From: an uncultured Candidatus Kuenenia sp.
Lineage (GTDB): Bacteria; Planctomycetota; UBA11346
Direction of reading: 5' to 3'
NCBI GenBank assembly: GCA_964654285.1
Contig: CAZZJC010000017.1
Location: 16,527-80,526, forward strand
DNA length: 64,000 bases
Notes under the pieces: generated by a model
The model's database searches: none
What the model was told of the DNA's origin: nothing
Seen by the model: the letters and a program-made list of their open reading frames with translations, nothing else
Program-made: the position numbers and the translations under genes
In this document: piece by piece, positions 19,139 through 29,069 of the stretch
How the letters are laid out: every line of letters starts with the position of its first letter
How positions within the stretch are numbered: the stretch's first letter is position 1

Positions 19139-21823
19139 CTATTCCGCCTGGATGAACACCAGTTCCGAAACCGGCGCGCCCTTCAAGGTCACCGTCAAGC
19201 CATTGAGCAGTTCGGCCCCTGACCGGACGGCCGCCGGATTGGATCCGTCCTCGAACGTGACCTGGTAGTTCGCCTGGGGATCGACGCCACGGAACCGGAT
19301 CAGGGCGGACTCGGCACCGGCGGCAGGCTTGAAGAGGATGGCGACCCCGGTGCGGGCGGTCGCATCATGGTACTGGATGCCATCCCAGTTCCTGCCATCC
19401 GGCCGCGGCAGGATGTGGTACAGGTCGGCCTTGCGCACCAGGGGCCGGATCTTCGTCTTGTAGGTGGCGACGGCGGCCTTCACCGCGGCGGTCTCTTCGT
19501 CCGTCCAGGGGGCGTTGGTGTTGGTGCCCGTGGGGGAATCGAGGAACCACTCGGGAGCGCCCAGGGACATGGTGCGGAAGGCGAAGCGCATGCCGGCGGC
19601 GCCTTTGGGACGATACCTGCCATCGCTGCTGCCCAGGCAGCCCATCAGCTGGGCGGGGGGGAAGACGTAGGACGAATCGTAGAACGCCTGGCGCACGTGG
19701 TGTTCGGCGTAGGTGTCCGTGTTGAAGACCTTGACGCTGCGCCGCATCGTCCCGAAATCCTTGACCCGGCCGCCGCAGACGCAGTTCTCGAACTGGAAGT
19801 TCGGGATCTCGCCCGCGAGCTGGTCGAGCAGGGCGTAGAAGCCCTTGAACGAGTCGTAGCTCGCCCCGACCACCGGCCCGTTGGTGCTGTCGGAGCGCCA
19901 GAGGTCGGCACCGTAGGAGAACAGCCTCCTGATGTGGCCCAGCCGGCGTTCGCGGCCCGCGGCCGAGGCCATGTCCTCGCCCTTGTTCCAGTACAGGCCG
20001 AAACGCAAACCCGCATCATGGGCGTATCTCGCGGCGGCCGCCATGCCCGAGGGCCAGCGTTTGGGATCTCCGACCGGTTCCGGGGCGCCGGTGCCGCCGG
20101 TGGCCCATCCGACATCGAGCACGACCTCCTCGAACCCGAGCGGGGCGATGGCGTCGACCAGGATGCGGTACTTGCTCTCCAGCGATTCCCAGGCCCCGGG
20201 TTTCACCGCGGAGGCGCCGAAGGCATTCCACTGGATCTTCGGATATCCGGGGTCCGAACGGATGATCTCCGGCATGCGGTGGGCGACGAGGAATCGGCGC
20301 AGGCGATTCCCGGCGTCATCGACATCGCCCTGGTAGGCGCCCACGAAGGCCGGCGGCACGGCGAAGCCGCCGCCAGGCGGTACGGTGACCCTGAAATCGG
20401 GGAACTCGCCTCCGCGCAGGCGGATGGACTCGGCGGGATCCTCGAACGGGGCGCTCGCCGTGATCTGGCAGAAGCCCCACTCGATGCCGAGGTAGATTCC
20501 GTGCCTGGCCCCGAGATCGAGGACGGCATAGGGGATGAAGCTGCCGTTCGGATCGGTCCGGATCCGGCGGAAGAACCCGGTCTGCACGCTCTCGGCGTAG
20601 ACCCCTTGCCGGTCCGGGGTGGCGCCATCGGTGTGGAAGGTCCACAGGGTCGGCCTCGCCGCCCCTTCCGGCCGGGAGAGGGCGAAATCCAGCGAGGGCT
20701 GGCAGGGCAGGGTCACCGGTCGTTCGGAACGGTTCACGATCTCCATCGCATGATGGATGGGCCCAGGTCCGGGGTGGGCGGTCCAGACGGACGCCAGTTC
20801 CAGCGCCGGCTGGTCGCAGGTGAAGCGGATCGTCAGGATGGCCGCCCCCGCCCCCTGGCCAGACAGCGCCCCGTCCTTGAACCGCCACGAGACCGGTCGG
20901 CCTTCCTGGCCGACGTGCACCCGGTCCGGAAGGGCGAACACCGAGGCCGGTTTCGCCCAGTTCCACCCGACGGCCGGATTGCCGAGGTCATAGACGGCCA
21001 GCTGCCCCTCGCGCGTCGCCCCGACGGTCAACCTGGTGTCCTCGGTCGCGATGGTCCATGCCTCGATGCGCTGACCGGCGACGGCCCGGGGTGGACTCTG
21101 CTCCTGGTCCACCCGCGCGACGGCCAGGAAATGCCAGACACCGCTGTTGCCGAGGGAATCCGCATGCGGATTCCCGGCCTGGATGTCGCCGGACACATCC
21201 CTGCCCAGGTCCCACACCCGGCCGTTGGCCGCGACCTCGCTGATGACCAGCGAGACGCTGGTGGAATCGCACTGGTGGTTCGTTCCCGGTCCGATCACCA
21301 GCACGAGGTCGTCGCCGGGCTGCACCGTCACGGCGGAGAGCTTCGCCTCATCTGCCGCCAGGGGGATGGCCTGCGAACCGCCCCGGCCGATGGCGCCGGA
21401 AGCGAGGAACCTCGTCCGGCCCCGATCGACCAGCGCGACGGCCCAGGTCACCCCGTCTCCGCCGCTGGGATGGGCATGGACGATCTTCGCCTGGACGCGC
21501 ACCGGGCCCGCAATGGGGCTGCGCCAGCCGATGGCGACATCGCGCTCGGCGCCGGGGTGGACCACGATGCTCCTGGGCGGGACGGTGATGGCGCCGTTGG
21601 CGAAGACCGCGACCTCGCCCGAACGGTTGGCGAAGACGCTCGCCGGGGCATCCCACCTGCCCCAACCACTCACGGTGTCCACCGGCGAAGTGTTCTTCTG
21701 GCTCAGCAGATGGCTGGGATCGAGCCATCCCGTCGGTTCGCCGGCGATCGCCGTCAGCAGGCAGCCGCTCACGACGAGGATGGCGAGACGGCCGAGGCCG
21801 CAGGTGCCGGGTCGAGTGGTCAT
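19139..21823 (-). CDS. Secreted clan GH-D glycoside hydrolase (GH36/alpha-galactosidase-like) with an extra N-terminal domain
   Basis: Signal peptide; QWNAFG, VLDVGW, DPKRWPSGM, GLRFGLYWN, DLWRSD, FENCVCGGR, C-terminal WDGIQYHD beta-domain. Confidence 0.75.
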   Translation of the reverse strand: MTTRPGTCGLGRLAILVVSGCLLTAIAGEPTGWLDPSHLLSQKNTSPVDTVSGWGRWDAPASVFANRSGEVAVFANGAITVPPRSIVVHPGAERDVAIGWRSPIAGPVRVQAKIVHAHPSGGDGVTWAVALVDRGRTRFLASGAIGRGGSQAIPLAADEAKLSAVTVQPGDDLVLVIGPGTNHQCDSTSVSLVISEVAANGRVWDLGRDVSGDIQAGNPHADSLGNSGVWHFLAVARVDQEQSPPRAVAGQRIEAWTIATEDTRLTVGATREGQLAVYDLGNPAVGWNWAKPASVFALPDRVHVGQEGRPVSWRFKDGALSGQGAGAAILTIRFTCDQPALELASVWTAHPGPGPIHHAMEIVNRSERPVTLPCQPSLDFALSRPEGAARPTLWTFHTDGATPDRQGVYAESVQTGFFRRIRTDPNGSFIPYAVLDLGARHGIYLGIEWGFCQITASAPFEDPAESIRLRGGEFPDFRVTVPPGGGFAVPPAFVGAYQGDVDDAGNRLRRFLVAHRMPEIIRSDPGYPKIQWNAFGASAVKPGAWESLESKYRILVDAIAPLGFEEVVLDVGWATGGTGAPEPVGDPKRWPSGMAAAARYAHDAGLRFGLYWNKGEDMASAAGRERRLGHIRRLFSYGADLWRSDSTNGPVVGASYDSFKGFYALLDQLAGEIPNFQFENCVCGGRVKDFGTMRRSVKVFNTDTYAEHHVRQAFYDSSYVFPPAQLMGCLGSSDGRYRPKGAAGMRFAFRTMSLGAPEWFLDSPTGTNTNAPWTDEETAAVKAAVATYKTKIRPLVRKADLYHILPRPDGRNWDGIQYHDATARTGVAILFKPAAGAESALIRFRGVDPQANYQVTFEDGSNPAAVRSGAELLNGLTVTLKGAPVSELVFIQAE

Positions 21824-22055
21824 GGGGTCATGCCTTCCCTGTGATGCCGTGCACTGGTCGAGGCCGTCCCGCCTCGGGACGGTGCCTGCAGTCTATCCGT
21901 CGGCGGCCCGGGCCGCCATGGGCTGATGGAGTGCGGACTTGTCGCCATCGACTGGCCTGCGGGCCCCTGGCGGATCAGGGCGTTGATCCGGCCCAGCCCG
22001 GACAAGGCTTCGGTCCGGCAGCCCTGAGGACACTTCCGGCAAAAGGCGGGGGACC

Positions 22056-22895
22056 ATGCACACGGATCAGGTCGGCATCCCTGCCGGCATCGAACCCTCG
22101 GTGGGATTCGACTATCAGCTCGGAGGCGTGACTCCGGTCGGCCGGGCGCACTCGACCGGCTGGCGTGCCATCCCCGGCACGCTCGTCGCGCTGGTCGATT
22201 ACGAAAGCGAGGTCGAATTCGCCGACACTGGCGCCCGTCATCGGATCCTGCCCGGGCAGGCCGTCTGCCTCGCGCTGTCGCGGCGGCACCGCATCACCTC
22301 GAGATCCGACACGTCGGGGATCAGCCGCTGGTCGCATGTGGCCTATCCCATCCTGGGCGGGTTGGATCTCCTGACGCTGCTGGAGTTCCCCCTGGTCCTC
22401 CCCGGTCCCGCCTGCCAGGAGGCGGGTCGGATCAACACCGCCCTGGCCGGCCTGGCCGGCCGCAGGGACTGGGCGTCATTCTGCCAGCGCAGGGTCCAGG
22501 GATTCGCCCTGCTGTCCCTGCTGCTGGCCCAGGCACGCTGGAAGCCGGCCGCCGGCTGGATGCTGGGAAGCCTCTCCCGGCTCGCGCCGGCGCTGTCCCG
22601 GATCGAACAGCACCTGGATTGCCCCGTGCGCCAGGACGAGCTCGCCCGTGCCGTCGGTCTGTCGCCGAGCCGCTTCCGCGTCGTCTTCCGCCGGCTCACC
22701 GGACGGTCGCCGACCGCGTACCGCCTGGAACTCGGCCTGCGCCGATCCCAGCAGCTGCTGCGCGATTCGGATCTGCCGGTTGCGGACATCGCCCTGCGCT
22801 GCGGCTGGGGCGATCCCGGGCATTTCAGCCGCTTCTTCCATCGCCGCTGCGGCTGCTCGCCGCGGGTCTTCCGCCAACGCGGGCAGGTCTGCTGA
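22056..22895 (+). CDS. AraC-family transcriptional regulator
   Basis: C-terminal double HTH: ELARAVGLSPSRFRVVFRRLTGRSP ... IALRCGWGDPGHFSRFFHRRCGCSPRVFR; divergent from the hydrolase. Confidence 0.9.
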   Translation: MHTDQVGIPAGIEPSVGFDYQLGGVTPVGRAHSTGWRAIPGTLVALVDYESEVEFADTGARHRILPGQAVCLALSRRHRITSRSDTSGISRWSHVAYPILGGLDLLTLLEFPLVLPGPACQEAGRINTALAGLAGRRDWASFCQRRVQGFALLSLLLAQARWKPAAGWMLGSLSRLAPALSRIEQHLDCPVRQDELARAVGLSPSRFRVVFRRLTGRSPTAYRLELGLRRSQQLLRDSDLPVADIALRCGWGDPGHFSRFFHRRCGCSPRVFRQRGQVC

Positions 22896-22947
22896 GTCCC
22901 CCGGGGGGCGAGGCTGCCGATCCGCCACGTCCCGGGCGGGATGCGGC

Positions 22948-24477
22948 CTAGGCGGGAACCCCGACGCAGGTCAGGTACACCACCGCCTGCTCGCGCGGGA
23001 CGCCGAGCTGGTCGGTGATGTGGTCGTCGAAGAAGCCGCCGATCCCGCTCGCGCCGAGTCCGGCGCCGAGGGCGGCGAGATCGAGACGCTGGCCGATGAT
23101 GCCGGCGTCGAGATGGAGCAGACGATAGGCGCGATCGCCGTTGGCGCGCACGGCGGCGGCGAGGTCGGCGGTGTGCACCACCACGAACGAGGCATCGCCG
23201 CCGAGATCCTGGCCGAGGCAGAGGAAGCGCACGCCGGCGCGCATCTGTTCAGGTGCGACCGGCCGCACCAGGCGCAGGGCGAAGGTGTCCGGGGCGAGGT
23301 AGTAGACGCCCGAGGCGAGGCCGTCGACGGAATTGACCGCGACGAAGGTCATCAGCTGCGAGCGGTCGAAGGCCGGCTGCCGGCCCAGGCCCGCCTCGAC
23401 CGGGTCGACGGCGGCGAGCAGCACTTCGGCCAATTGCGCCAGGGTGCAGGCCCGGCCGGTGAAGCTGCGCGCGCTGCGCCGGGTGCGGATGAGGCCGAGG
23501 GGGTCGCCGGCGAGGCCTGACGGCAGCGGGGCAGCACCGGGCGCCGGCGAAGCGACAGCGCGAAGAGCCGTCCCACCGGACCAGCCGTAGCGCTGTTCGA
23601 GGGCGAGCTCCTGCGTCTCACCGCGCGCCACCAGGGCCGGGCGTTGGCGTGGCAGGCGGGATTGGCGATGCAGGGCGTCGAGCAGGGGCGGTTCGACCTG
23701 GGCCGGACCGGTCGCCGACGGCAGCGCGGTCCAGTTCGGCCGCTCGCTCGCGCCCTGGCCGGGGGACCAGCTCACCACCGCCAGCGCACCCTCGGCATCG
23801 GCATCGAGGCGCAGCACGGTCTCGAGGGCTTCGTCAGAGAAGGCGGTGGTCGCATGGGTGCGGCCGCCGAGGGCATGCGCGGCCAGGCCGGCGTTGCCGA
23901 TGAGATGGCCGGCGTCGAGCAGGATGCGGCGGTAGGCGCGTTCCAGATAGCGCCAGCGGCTGCGCTCGAAGACCCCGGTCACCACCAGGCTGAGCGGCGC
24001 CGCCGCGACCGCCGCGTTGCCGTAGCACGCCTCGACCAGGCCGGCGTGGATGCTGGCGTCCGACCAGAGCGGGATCAGGCGGTGGCCTTGCAGGTCGTAG
24101 CCGTACAGGCCGTCGTCCAGACCGGTGAAACCGTGGGAAACGAGGGCGATTTCCGCAGGGTAAAGCCCGCCAGCCGAGGGATTCGCACGCAGGAAGAGCG
24201 GACGGGGCGCCTGCGGCACGAGCGCCGTGATGCCGCAGGTGTGGTAGATCCAGCGCGACACCAGGCCCAGGCCGTCGCTGACCATGGCCTCGGGGCCGGC
24301 GGCTTCGCCGGTGAAGGGATTGGGATCGAAGGGCAGGTAGGGGGCGAGTGCGACCGCGGCATCGGCATCCCAGACCTTGTAGGGCACCGGCATCTTCGCC
24401 CAGTCCAGGCCGGGATGGCCGCCCACGGTCTCCGGGTGGTACTTGGTGGCCTCATGGTACTGGATCGCGGTGCTCAT
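22948..24477 (-). CDS. SagB/ThcOx-family dehydrogenase (tandem nitroreductase domains)
   Basis: YHEATKY, LRANPSAGGLYPAE, RYLERAYRRILLDAGH, RTRRSARSF, GDRAYRLLHLDAGIIGQRL, SGIGGFFDD. Confidence 0.88.
   Translation of the reverse strand: MSTAIQYHEATKYHPETVGGHPGLDWAKMPVPYKVWDADAAVALAPYLPFDPNPFTGEAAGPEAMVSDGLGLVSRWIYHTCGITALVPQAPRPLFLRANPSAGGLYPAEIALVSHGFTGLDDGLYGYDLQGHRLIPLWSDASIHAGLVEACYGNAAVAAAPLSLVVTGVFERSRWRYLERAYRRILLDAGHLIGNAGLAAHALGGRTHATTAFSDEALETVLRLDADAEGALAVVSWSPGQGASERPNWTALPSATGPAQVEPPLLDALHRQSRLPRQRPALVARGETQELALEQRYGWSGGTALRAVASPAPGAAPLPSGLAGDPLGLIRTRRSARSFTGRACTLAQLAEVLLAAVDPVEAGLGRQPAFDRSQLMTFVAVNSVDGLASGVYYLAPDTFALRLVRPVAPEQMRAGVRFLCLGQDLGGDASFVVVHTADLAAAVRANGDRAYRLLHLDAGIIGQRLDLAALGAGLGASGIGGFFDDHITDQLGVPREQAVVYLTCVGVPA
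22958..23064. repeat. 107-bp direct repeat, copy 2 (inside the 3' end of the SagB-type gene)
   Basis: Near-identical to 19012-19118. Confidence 0.95.
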
Positions 24478-24584
24478 GATCACGAGGCACCCTAGCGCAC
24501 CCGGACCCGCCGCAATCCGGATGGCCTGCCCGGCCCCGGCGGTGTCGAACCCCGCTGCGGGCGTCGCCGCGCCGATGCGTTGCT

Positions 24585-26165
24585 TTGCCCCATGGGAAAA
24601 CCAAGCTTCCTCAGATGACCGCCCGTCCCCCCGATGCCGCCGTCCTCGCCGGTCTGCTGCCGGTCGGGGTGTGCTGGTTCGACCGGGAGCGGCTCACCTT
24701 CGCCAATCCGGCGCTGGTCCGCCTGTTCGGGTTCCAGCCCGCTCTCGGCGCGACGATGGCCGAGGTGGCGGCGAAACTCGGCGACGCCTGCGCCGGAATA
24801 CCCCGCCTGACCCCGGGCAGCCGCATGGTGGTGGTGGTCGGCGGCCAGATGCTGGAGGTCGAGGCGCAGGAGCTCGCCCCGACCCGCCTGATGTGGGTGG
24901 TGACCGACACCAGCGTGCAGCTGCGCCTGCATTCGCAGCTCGCCGAGATCACCGGCATGCTGGCGTTCAGCCATGAGGCCTTCCTGATCGTCGGCCAGGA
25001 CGGTTCCATCCGCTATGCCAACGAGCCGGCCGAGCGCGAACGCGGGCATCAGACCTACGGCCTGGTCGGCCTGAAACTGTGGTCGATCGAGCGCTGGTGC
25101 GACGCGACCTACGAGCAGGCCCGGCCGCCGACCGCTGACGAGGCCCTCGCCCGCATCGCCGCCGCCGCGCGCGAAGGCCGCACCGTGCGCTACCACGCCT
25201 GGCACCGTCGCACGGATGGCAGCGAGATCCCGACCGAGGTCGTCCTGCGGCGCTACCACATGGAGAACGAGACGGTGGTCATCGCCACCGCCCGCGACGA
25301 CAGCCGGCGCCTGATGCATCTCCAGGCCCTGACCAAGGCCAAGGCGGAGGCCGAGGCGGCGAACCGCGCGAAATCCTCGTTCCTCGCCATCACCAGCCAT
25401 GAGCTGCGCACGCCGCTCACCGGCATCATGGGCTTCTGCGAACTGCTCCAGCTCGAATACACCGGCGGCGCCGACGACGCCACGGCGCGCTACATCCGGC
25501 TGATTGCCGAATCCTCGCAGCACCTGCTGGGCATCATCAACGACATCGTCGACATGTCGAAGATCGAGGCCCGCACCCTGGAACTCAGGCCCGGCCGTTG
25601 CGACGCCGAGCAGATCGCCGACCTGACCCTCAGCCTGTGGAGCGAGCGCGCCAAGGCCAAGGGCCTCGCCCTGCTCCGGCATCCGTCGACCGGCCGGCGC
25701 GCGCCGCTCGCCACCGATGCGCTGCGGGTGCGCCAGATGCTCGACAACCTGCTGTCGAACGCGGTGAAGTTTTCCAGCAAAGGCACGATCACCCTGGCCG
25801 TGGACCATCTCGCGGACGCGGTCGAGTTCACCATCGCGGACCAGGGCCCGGGCATCGCCTCCGAGACCGCCGAACGCATGTGGGAGGCCTTCTGGCAGGG
25901 CGCCGACTGCACCACCCGCGAGAGCGGCGGCAGCGGGCTTGGGCTCTACATCACGCGCTGTCTTGCGGAAATGCTGGGCGGCCGCATCTGGCTGCACAAG
26001 ACCGGCCCGACCGGCAGCGTCTTCCGCCTGCGCCTGCCGCGCAGCCTCGAGGGCAAGGACACCGCGAAATCATTCCGCTCCGACGTCTGGCTGCGCACGC
26101 CCTCGCCCGAGGTCACCCGCCCAGGTGAAGAAAGCGGCCGCTGGCCCACCGGCACCCGACCATGA
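24585..26165 (+). CDS. Cytoplasmic PAS-domain sensor histidine kinase
   Basis: PAS (YANEPAE...HRRTDGSEIPTEV), H-box SHELRTPL, NLLSNAVKF, DQGPGI, GSGLGL; start may be 24615. Confidence 0.9.
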   Translation: MPHGKTKLPQMTARPPDAAVLAGLLPVGVCWFDRERLTFANPALVRLFGFQPALGATMAEVAAKLGDACAGIPRLTPGSRMVVVVGGQMLEVEAQELAPTRLMWVVTDTSVQLRLHSQLAEITGMLAFSHEAFLIVGQDGSIRYANEPAERERGHQTYGLVGLKLWSIERWCDATYEQARPPTADEALARIAAAAREGRTVRYHAWHRRTDGSEIPTEVVLRRYHMENETVVIATARDDSRRLMHLQALTKAKAEAEAANRAKSSFLAITSHELRTPLTGIMGFCELLQLEYTGGADDATARYIRLIAESSQHLLGIINDIVDMSKIEARTLELRPGRCDAEQIADLTLSLWSERAKAKGLALLRHPSTGRRAPLATDALRVRQMLDNLLSNAVKFSSKGTITLAVDHLADAVEFTIADQGPGIASETAERMWEAFWQGADCTTRESGGSGLGLYITRCLAEMLGGRIWLHKTGPTGSVFRLRLPRSLEGKDTAKSFRSDVWLRTPSPEVTRPGEESGRWPTGTRP

Positions 26166-26166
26166 T

Positions 26167-26655
26167 TCAGGGGCGCCAGGCGACGCGGCGCTGGTCGCGG
26201 ATGTGCTCGGCCTCGGCGTCGCCTGCGGCGGCGAACTGCACGTAGGGCCAGATCGCGATCGAACCCCGGCTGTCGAAGCGGCCGAGCACCTCGACGTAGC
26301 GCGGTGCGATCAGCCGCACGAGGTCGTCGCAGATGATGCGGCAGACATCTTCGTGGAAGTCGCCATGCATGCGGAAGGACGCCAGGTATTCCTTGAGCGA
26401 CTTGCTCTCGACCAGGTGCGCGTCGGGGATGTAGAGGATGTCGAGCGCGGCCCAGTCCGGCTGCCCGGTCACCGGGCACAGGCTGGTGAAGCGTTCGCAG
26501 CGGTTCGCGACCCAGGTCGTCTGCCCGGCGAAGCGGCGGTCGAGGCTGAACGGCACCGCCTCCAGCAGTTTCGGGGTGTAGGTGAACGGCGTCGCCCGGC
26601 GCTTGCCCAGACTGGCGCGGGGCAGGGCGGACTTGGCTCGAAGCGATGTCGTCAT
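26167..26655 (-). CDS. queF: NADPH-dependent preQ0 reductase (short QueF)
   Basis: FTSLCPVTGQPD catalytic Cys; ESKSLKEYLASFR QueF motif; FHE. Confidence 0.92.
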   Translation of the reverse strand: MTTSLRAKSALPRASLGKRRATPFTYTPKLLEAVPFSLDRRFAGQTTWVANRCERFTSLCPVTGQPDWAALDILYIPDAHLVESKSLKEYLASFRMHGDFHEDVCRIICDDLVRLIAPRYVEVLGRFDSRGSIAIWPYVQFAAAGDAEAEHIRDQRRVAWRP

Positions 26656-26673
26656 GGCGGAATCCTTGGAAAA

Positions 26674-27159
26674 TCAGGCGTCGCGCCGCGCGAGGGCACG
26701 GAACACCAGGCCCGGCGTCGCGCCTTCCCAGCGGCCGTCCTCGACCCACTCGCTCTCGTCGAAAGGCGGGAAATGCACGTCGCCCTCGTGCCGGCCGGGG
26801 ATGCGGGTCAGGTAGAGGCGGGTGATCTGCGGCAGCAGGGCGCGGTAGATCTCGGCCCCGCCGATGACGAACGGCGGCTGCTCGCCGAGCATGCGCGCGA
26901 GGGCGACGCCGTCCTCGGGCGTGTGCGCGACGCGCACGCCTTCGGCGCGGAAGGCGCGGTCGCGGGTCACCACCACGCCCGGTCGGCCGGGCAGCGGCTT
27001 GCGGCCCAGGCTGTCGAAGACCTTGCGCCCCATGACCAGGCTGTGGCCTCTGGTCTTCTCCTTGAACCACTTCAGGTCCTCGGGGAAGCGCCAGGGCAGT
27101 TCCAGGCCGCGACCGATCAGGTTGCCCTCGTCCATCGCCACGATGGCGCTTAAGGGCAT
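26674..27159 (-). CDS. folA: Dihydrofolate reductase
   Basis: IVAM..IG..LPWRFPEDLKWFK, VMGRK, PLPGR, VIGGAEIY, LYLTRI, GDVHFP. Confidence 0.95.
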   Translation of the reverse strand: MPLSAIVAMDEGNLIGRGLELPWRFPEDLKWFKEKTRGHSLVMGRKVFDSLGRKPLPGRPGVVVTRDRAFRAEGVRVAHTPEDGVALARMLGEQPPFVIGGAEIYRALLPQITRLYLTRIPGRHEGDVHFPPFDESEWVEDGRWEGATPGLVFRALARRDA

Positions 27160-27193
27160 GGCAAGAACGCTTCTGCCCTTGTGTTGACCTTGT

Positions 27194-27290
27194 TCGGTCA
27201 CGACCGATGCATGCGACCCTGAAGCCTGGGTTGCTTCGGGGGCTACGCCCCCAATCCGCTCCGGGCCTCTCGGCCCTTCGCCCCCCTTGC
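27194..27290. repeat. Intergenic cluster of short GC-rich palindromes (REP-like)
   Basis: tcggt-cacg-accga (27194-27207), gggggc-tac-gccccc (27238-27252), gggcc-tctc-ggccc (27263-27276) between thyA and folA. Confidence 0.5.
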
Positions 27291-27293
27291 TGT

Positions 27294-28157
27294 TCATATA
27301 GCCACCGGTGCTTTTATTCCTGGATGCGGGTCATAGCCGTCGATGCGGATGTGGTCGGCGGTGAACGCGAACAGATCGTTGACGCCGGCATCCAGCACCA
27401 GGCGCGGCAGCGGTCGCGGCTCGCGGGTCAGTTGCAGTTTCGCCTGGTCGAGGTGGTTCACGTACAGATGCGCGTCGCCCAGGGTGTGGACGAACTCGCC
27501 GGGCTTGAGGCCGCAGACCTGCGCAACCATGCAGGTCAGCAGGGCGTAGCTCGCGATGTTGAAGGGCACGCCCAGGAAGACGTCGGCGCTGCGCTGGTAG
27601 AGCTGGCAGCTCAGCTCGGCCGGCTGGCCCGGTTCGGCCGCCGCCTGGACGTAGAACTGGAACAGGGTGTGGCAGGGCGGCAGCGCCACCTGGTCGACCT
27701 CGCAGGGATTCCAGGCGCTGACGATCAGCCGGCGGCTGAACGGGTTGCGCCGGATCTCGGCCAGCACCCAGGCGATCTGGTCCTTGCCATCCTGCGCCAG
27801 GGTGCCGTCGGGCAGGCGGCTGGCGCCGAAGTTGCGCCACTGGTGCCCGTAGATCGGCCCGAGATCGCCCTCGCTGCGGCCGAAGCGGGCGCACTGCTCG
27901 GCGGTCGCCCACTCGTTCCAGATCGTCACCCCGCGCTCGGTCAGCCAGGCGTTGTCGGTGCGCCCGGCGAGGAACCACAGGAGTTCCTGGATGATCGACC
28001 GCGTGTGCAGCTTCTTGGTGGTCAGGAGCGGGAACGACGCGCCGAGATCGAAGCGCATCTGGTGCCCGAACACCCCGATCGTCCCGGTGCCGGTGCGGTC
28101 GCTGCGCGGCCGGCCCTCGGCGAGGATCCGGCGCAGCAATTCGTGGTAGACCTGCAT
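27294..28157 (-). CDS. thyA: Thymidylate synthase
   Basis: [66 protein letters not shown]. Confidence 0.97.
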   Translation of the reverse strand: MQVYHELLRRILAEGRPRSDRTGTGTIGVFGHQMRFDLGASFPLLTTKKLHTRSIIQELLWFLAGRTDNAWLTERGVTIWNEWATAEQCARFGRSEGDLGPIYGHQWRNFGASRLPDGTLAQDGKDQIAWVLAEIRRNPFSRRLIVSAWNPCEVDQVALPPCHTLFQFYVQAAAEPGQPAELSCQLYQRSADVFLGVPFNIASYALLTCMVAQVCGLKPGEFVHTLGDAHLYVNHLDQAKLQLTREPRPLPRLVLDAGVNDLFAFTADHIRIDGYDPHPGIKAPVAI

Positions 28158-28286
28158 GGCGGCGCATGCTTCACCGCCGATCCACCAGGGCAAGATGCGG
28201 CGCCTCCCTGTTGCAGGGCACAGAGGTGCAGTTCCGCCTGTCGCCCGCGCCTTCCCCCGCCAGCCATGGCGGTCATGCTCGCGGGC

Positions 28287-29045
28287 ATGGACAAGCTCCT
28301 CCTCATCCTCGTCCTCAGCGGCAATCCCGAGGCCGATCCGTCCGCCGGGCAGGTGCTGACCGAACTCGCCAAGCTCGGTGGCGCCCGGGTCGAGGTCGTC
28401 GCCGGGGCGAAGGCGCGCGAACGCCTGGGCGCGAAGGGCCTGCAGGACGCCGACCTCATCGCCACCCCCGACGCCGCGCGCAGCCTGTCGGGGCGCGAGC
28501 CGTTGATCATCATCCGCCTGGAGCGGCGCGAACAGAGCGGCGACCAGATCCTGGAAAGCCGGGTCTGGGCCAACGGCAAGGCCGAGGCCCACACCGCCAT
28601 CGCCGGGGCCGCCGCCAGCGGCAAGGACACCGATCGCCTGCTGGGCGAGCGCGCCGTGCGCGGCATCACCGCCCTGATCGCGCCGCTCCTGCCCGGTGCG
28701 GTCGACACCAGGGAGCAACAGCTCGACGAACGCGAACGCGTGGATTTCGCCGCGCTGGTGCGCGCCGCCGAATGGCAGACCGTGGTCACCCGCGCCGCCG
28801 CCGTCCCCGACCCGACCCCGCGCGCCCGCTACTACCAGGTCATGGCCCTCAGCCGCCTGGGCCGCCGCGAAGAGGCCCGCGCCGCCTACGATGCCTTCGC
28901 CAAGGCGCATCCGGGCCACGTGCTGCTGCTGGCCGCCGCCGATCTTCTGCCGCAGGAACCCGCGCGCGGGAAGTTGCGCGAAGAAGGCAACGTGCTCCAC
29001 GACGGCACCGCCCCGGCGGATGATGGCGGGAATACGCTCAAATAG
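28287..29045 (+). CDS. Hypothetical protein with C-terminal TPR-like helix pair
   Basis: GC3-biased C-terminal part of track ORF 27207..29045; [30 protein letters not shown]. Confidence 0.65.
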   Translation: MDKLLLILVLSGNPEADPSAGQVLTELAKLGGARVEVVAGAKARERLGAKGLQDADLIATPDAARSLSGREPLIIIRLERREQSGDQILESRVWANGKAEAHTAIAGAAASGKDTDRLLGERAVRGITALIAPLLPGAVDTREQQLDERERVDFAALVRAAEWQTVVTRAAAVPDPTPRARYYQVMALSRLGRREEARAAYDAFAKAHPGHVLLLAAADLLPQEPARGKLREEGNVLHDGTAPADDGGNTLK

Positions 29046-29069
29046 CGGTGCCCTGTGATTCTGAACTGA

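Larger units (their letters stand above)
19012..23064. mobile_element. Genomic islet (GH36 + AraC) bounded by the duplicated 3' end of the target gene; no integrase
   Basis: Long direct repeats equal to the 3' end of the adjacent gene flank a divergent enzyme/regulator pair. Confidence 0.65.

Noticed and set aside
15583-24477. RiPP (azole peptide) cluster from TldD/PmbA plus SagB-type dehydrogenase
   Set aside because: No YcaO, E1-like partner, Cys/Ser/Thr-rich precursor or exporter; both families commonly occur standalone and here they are on opposite strands.
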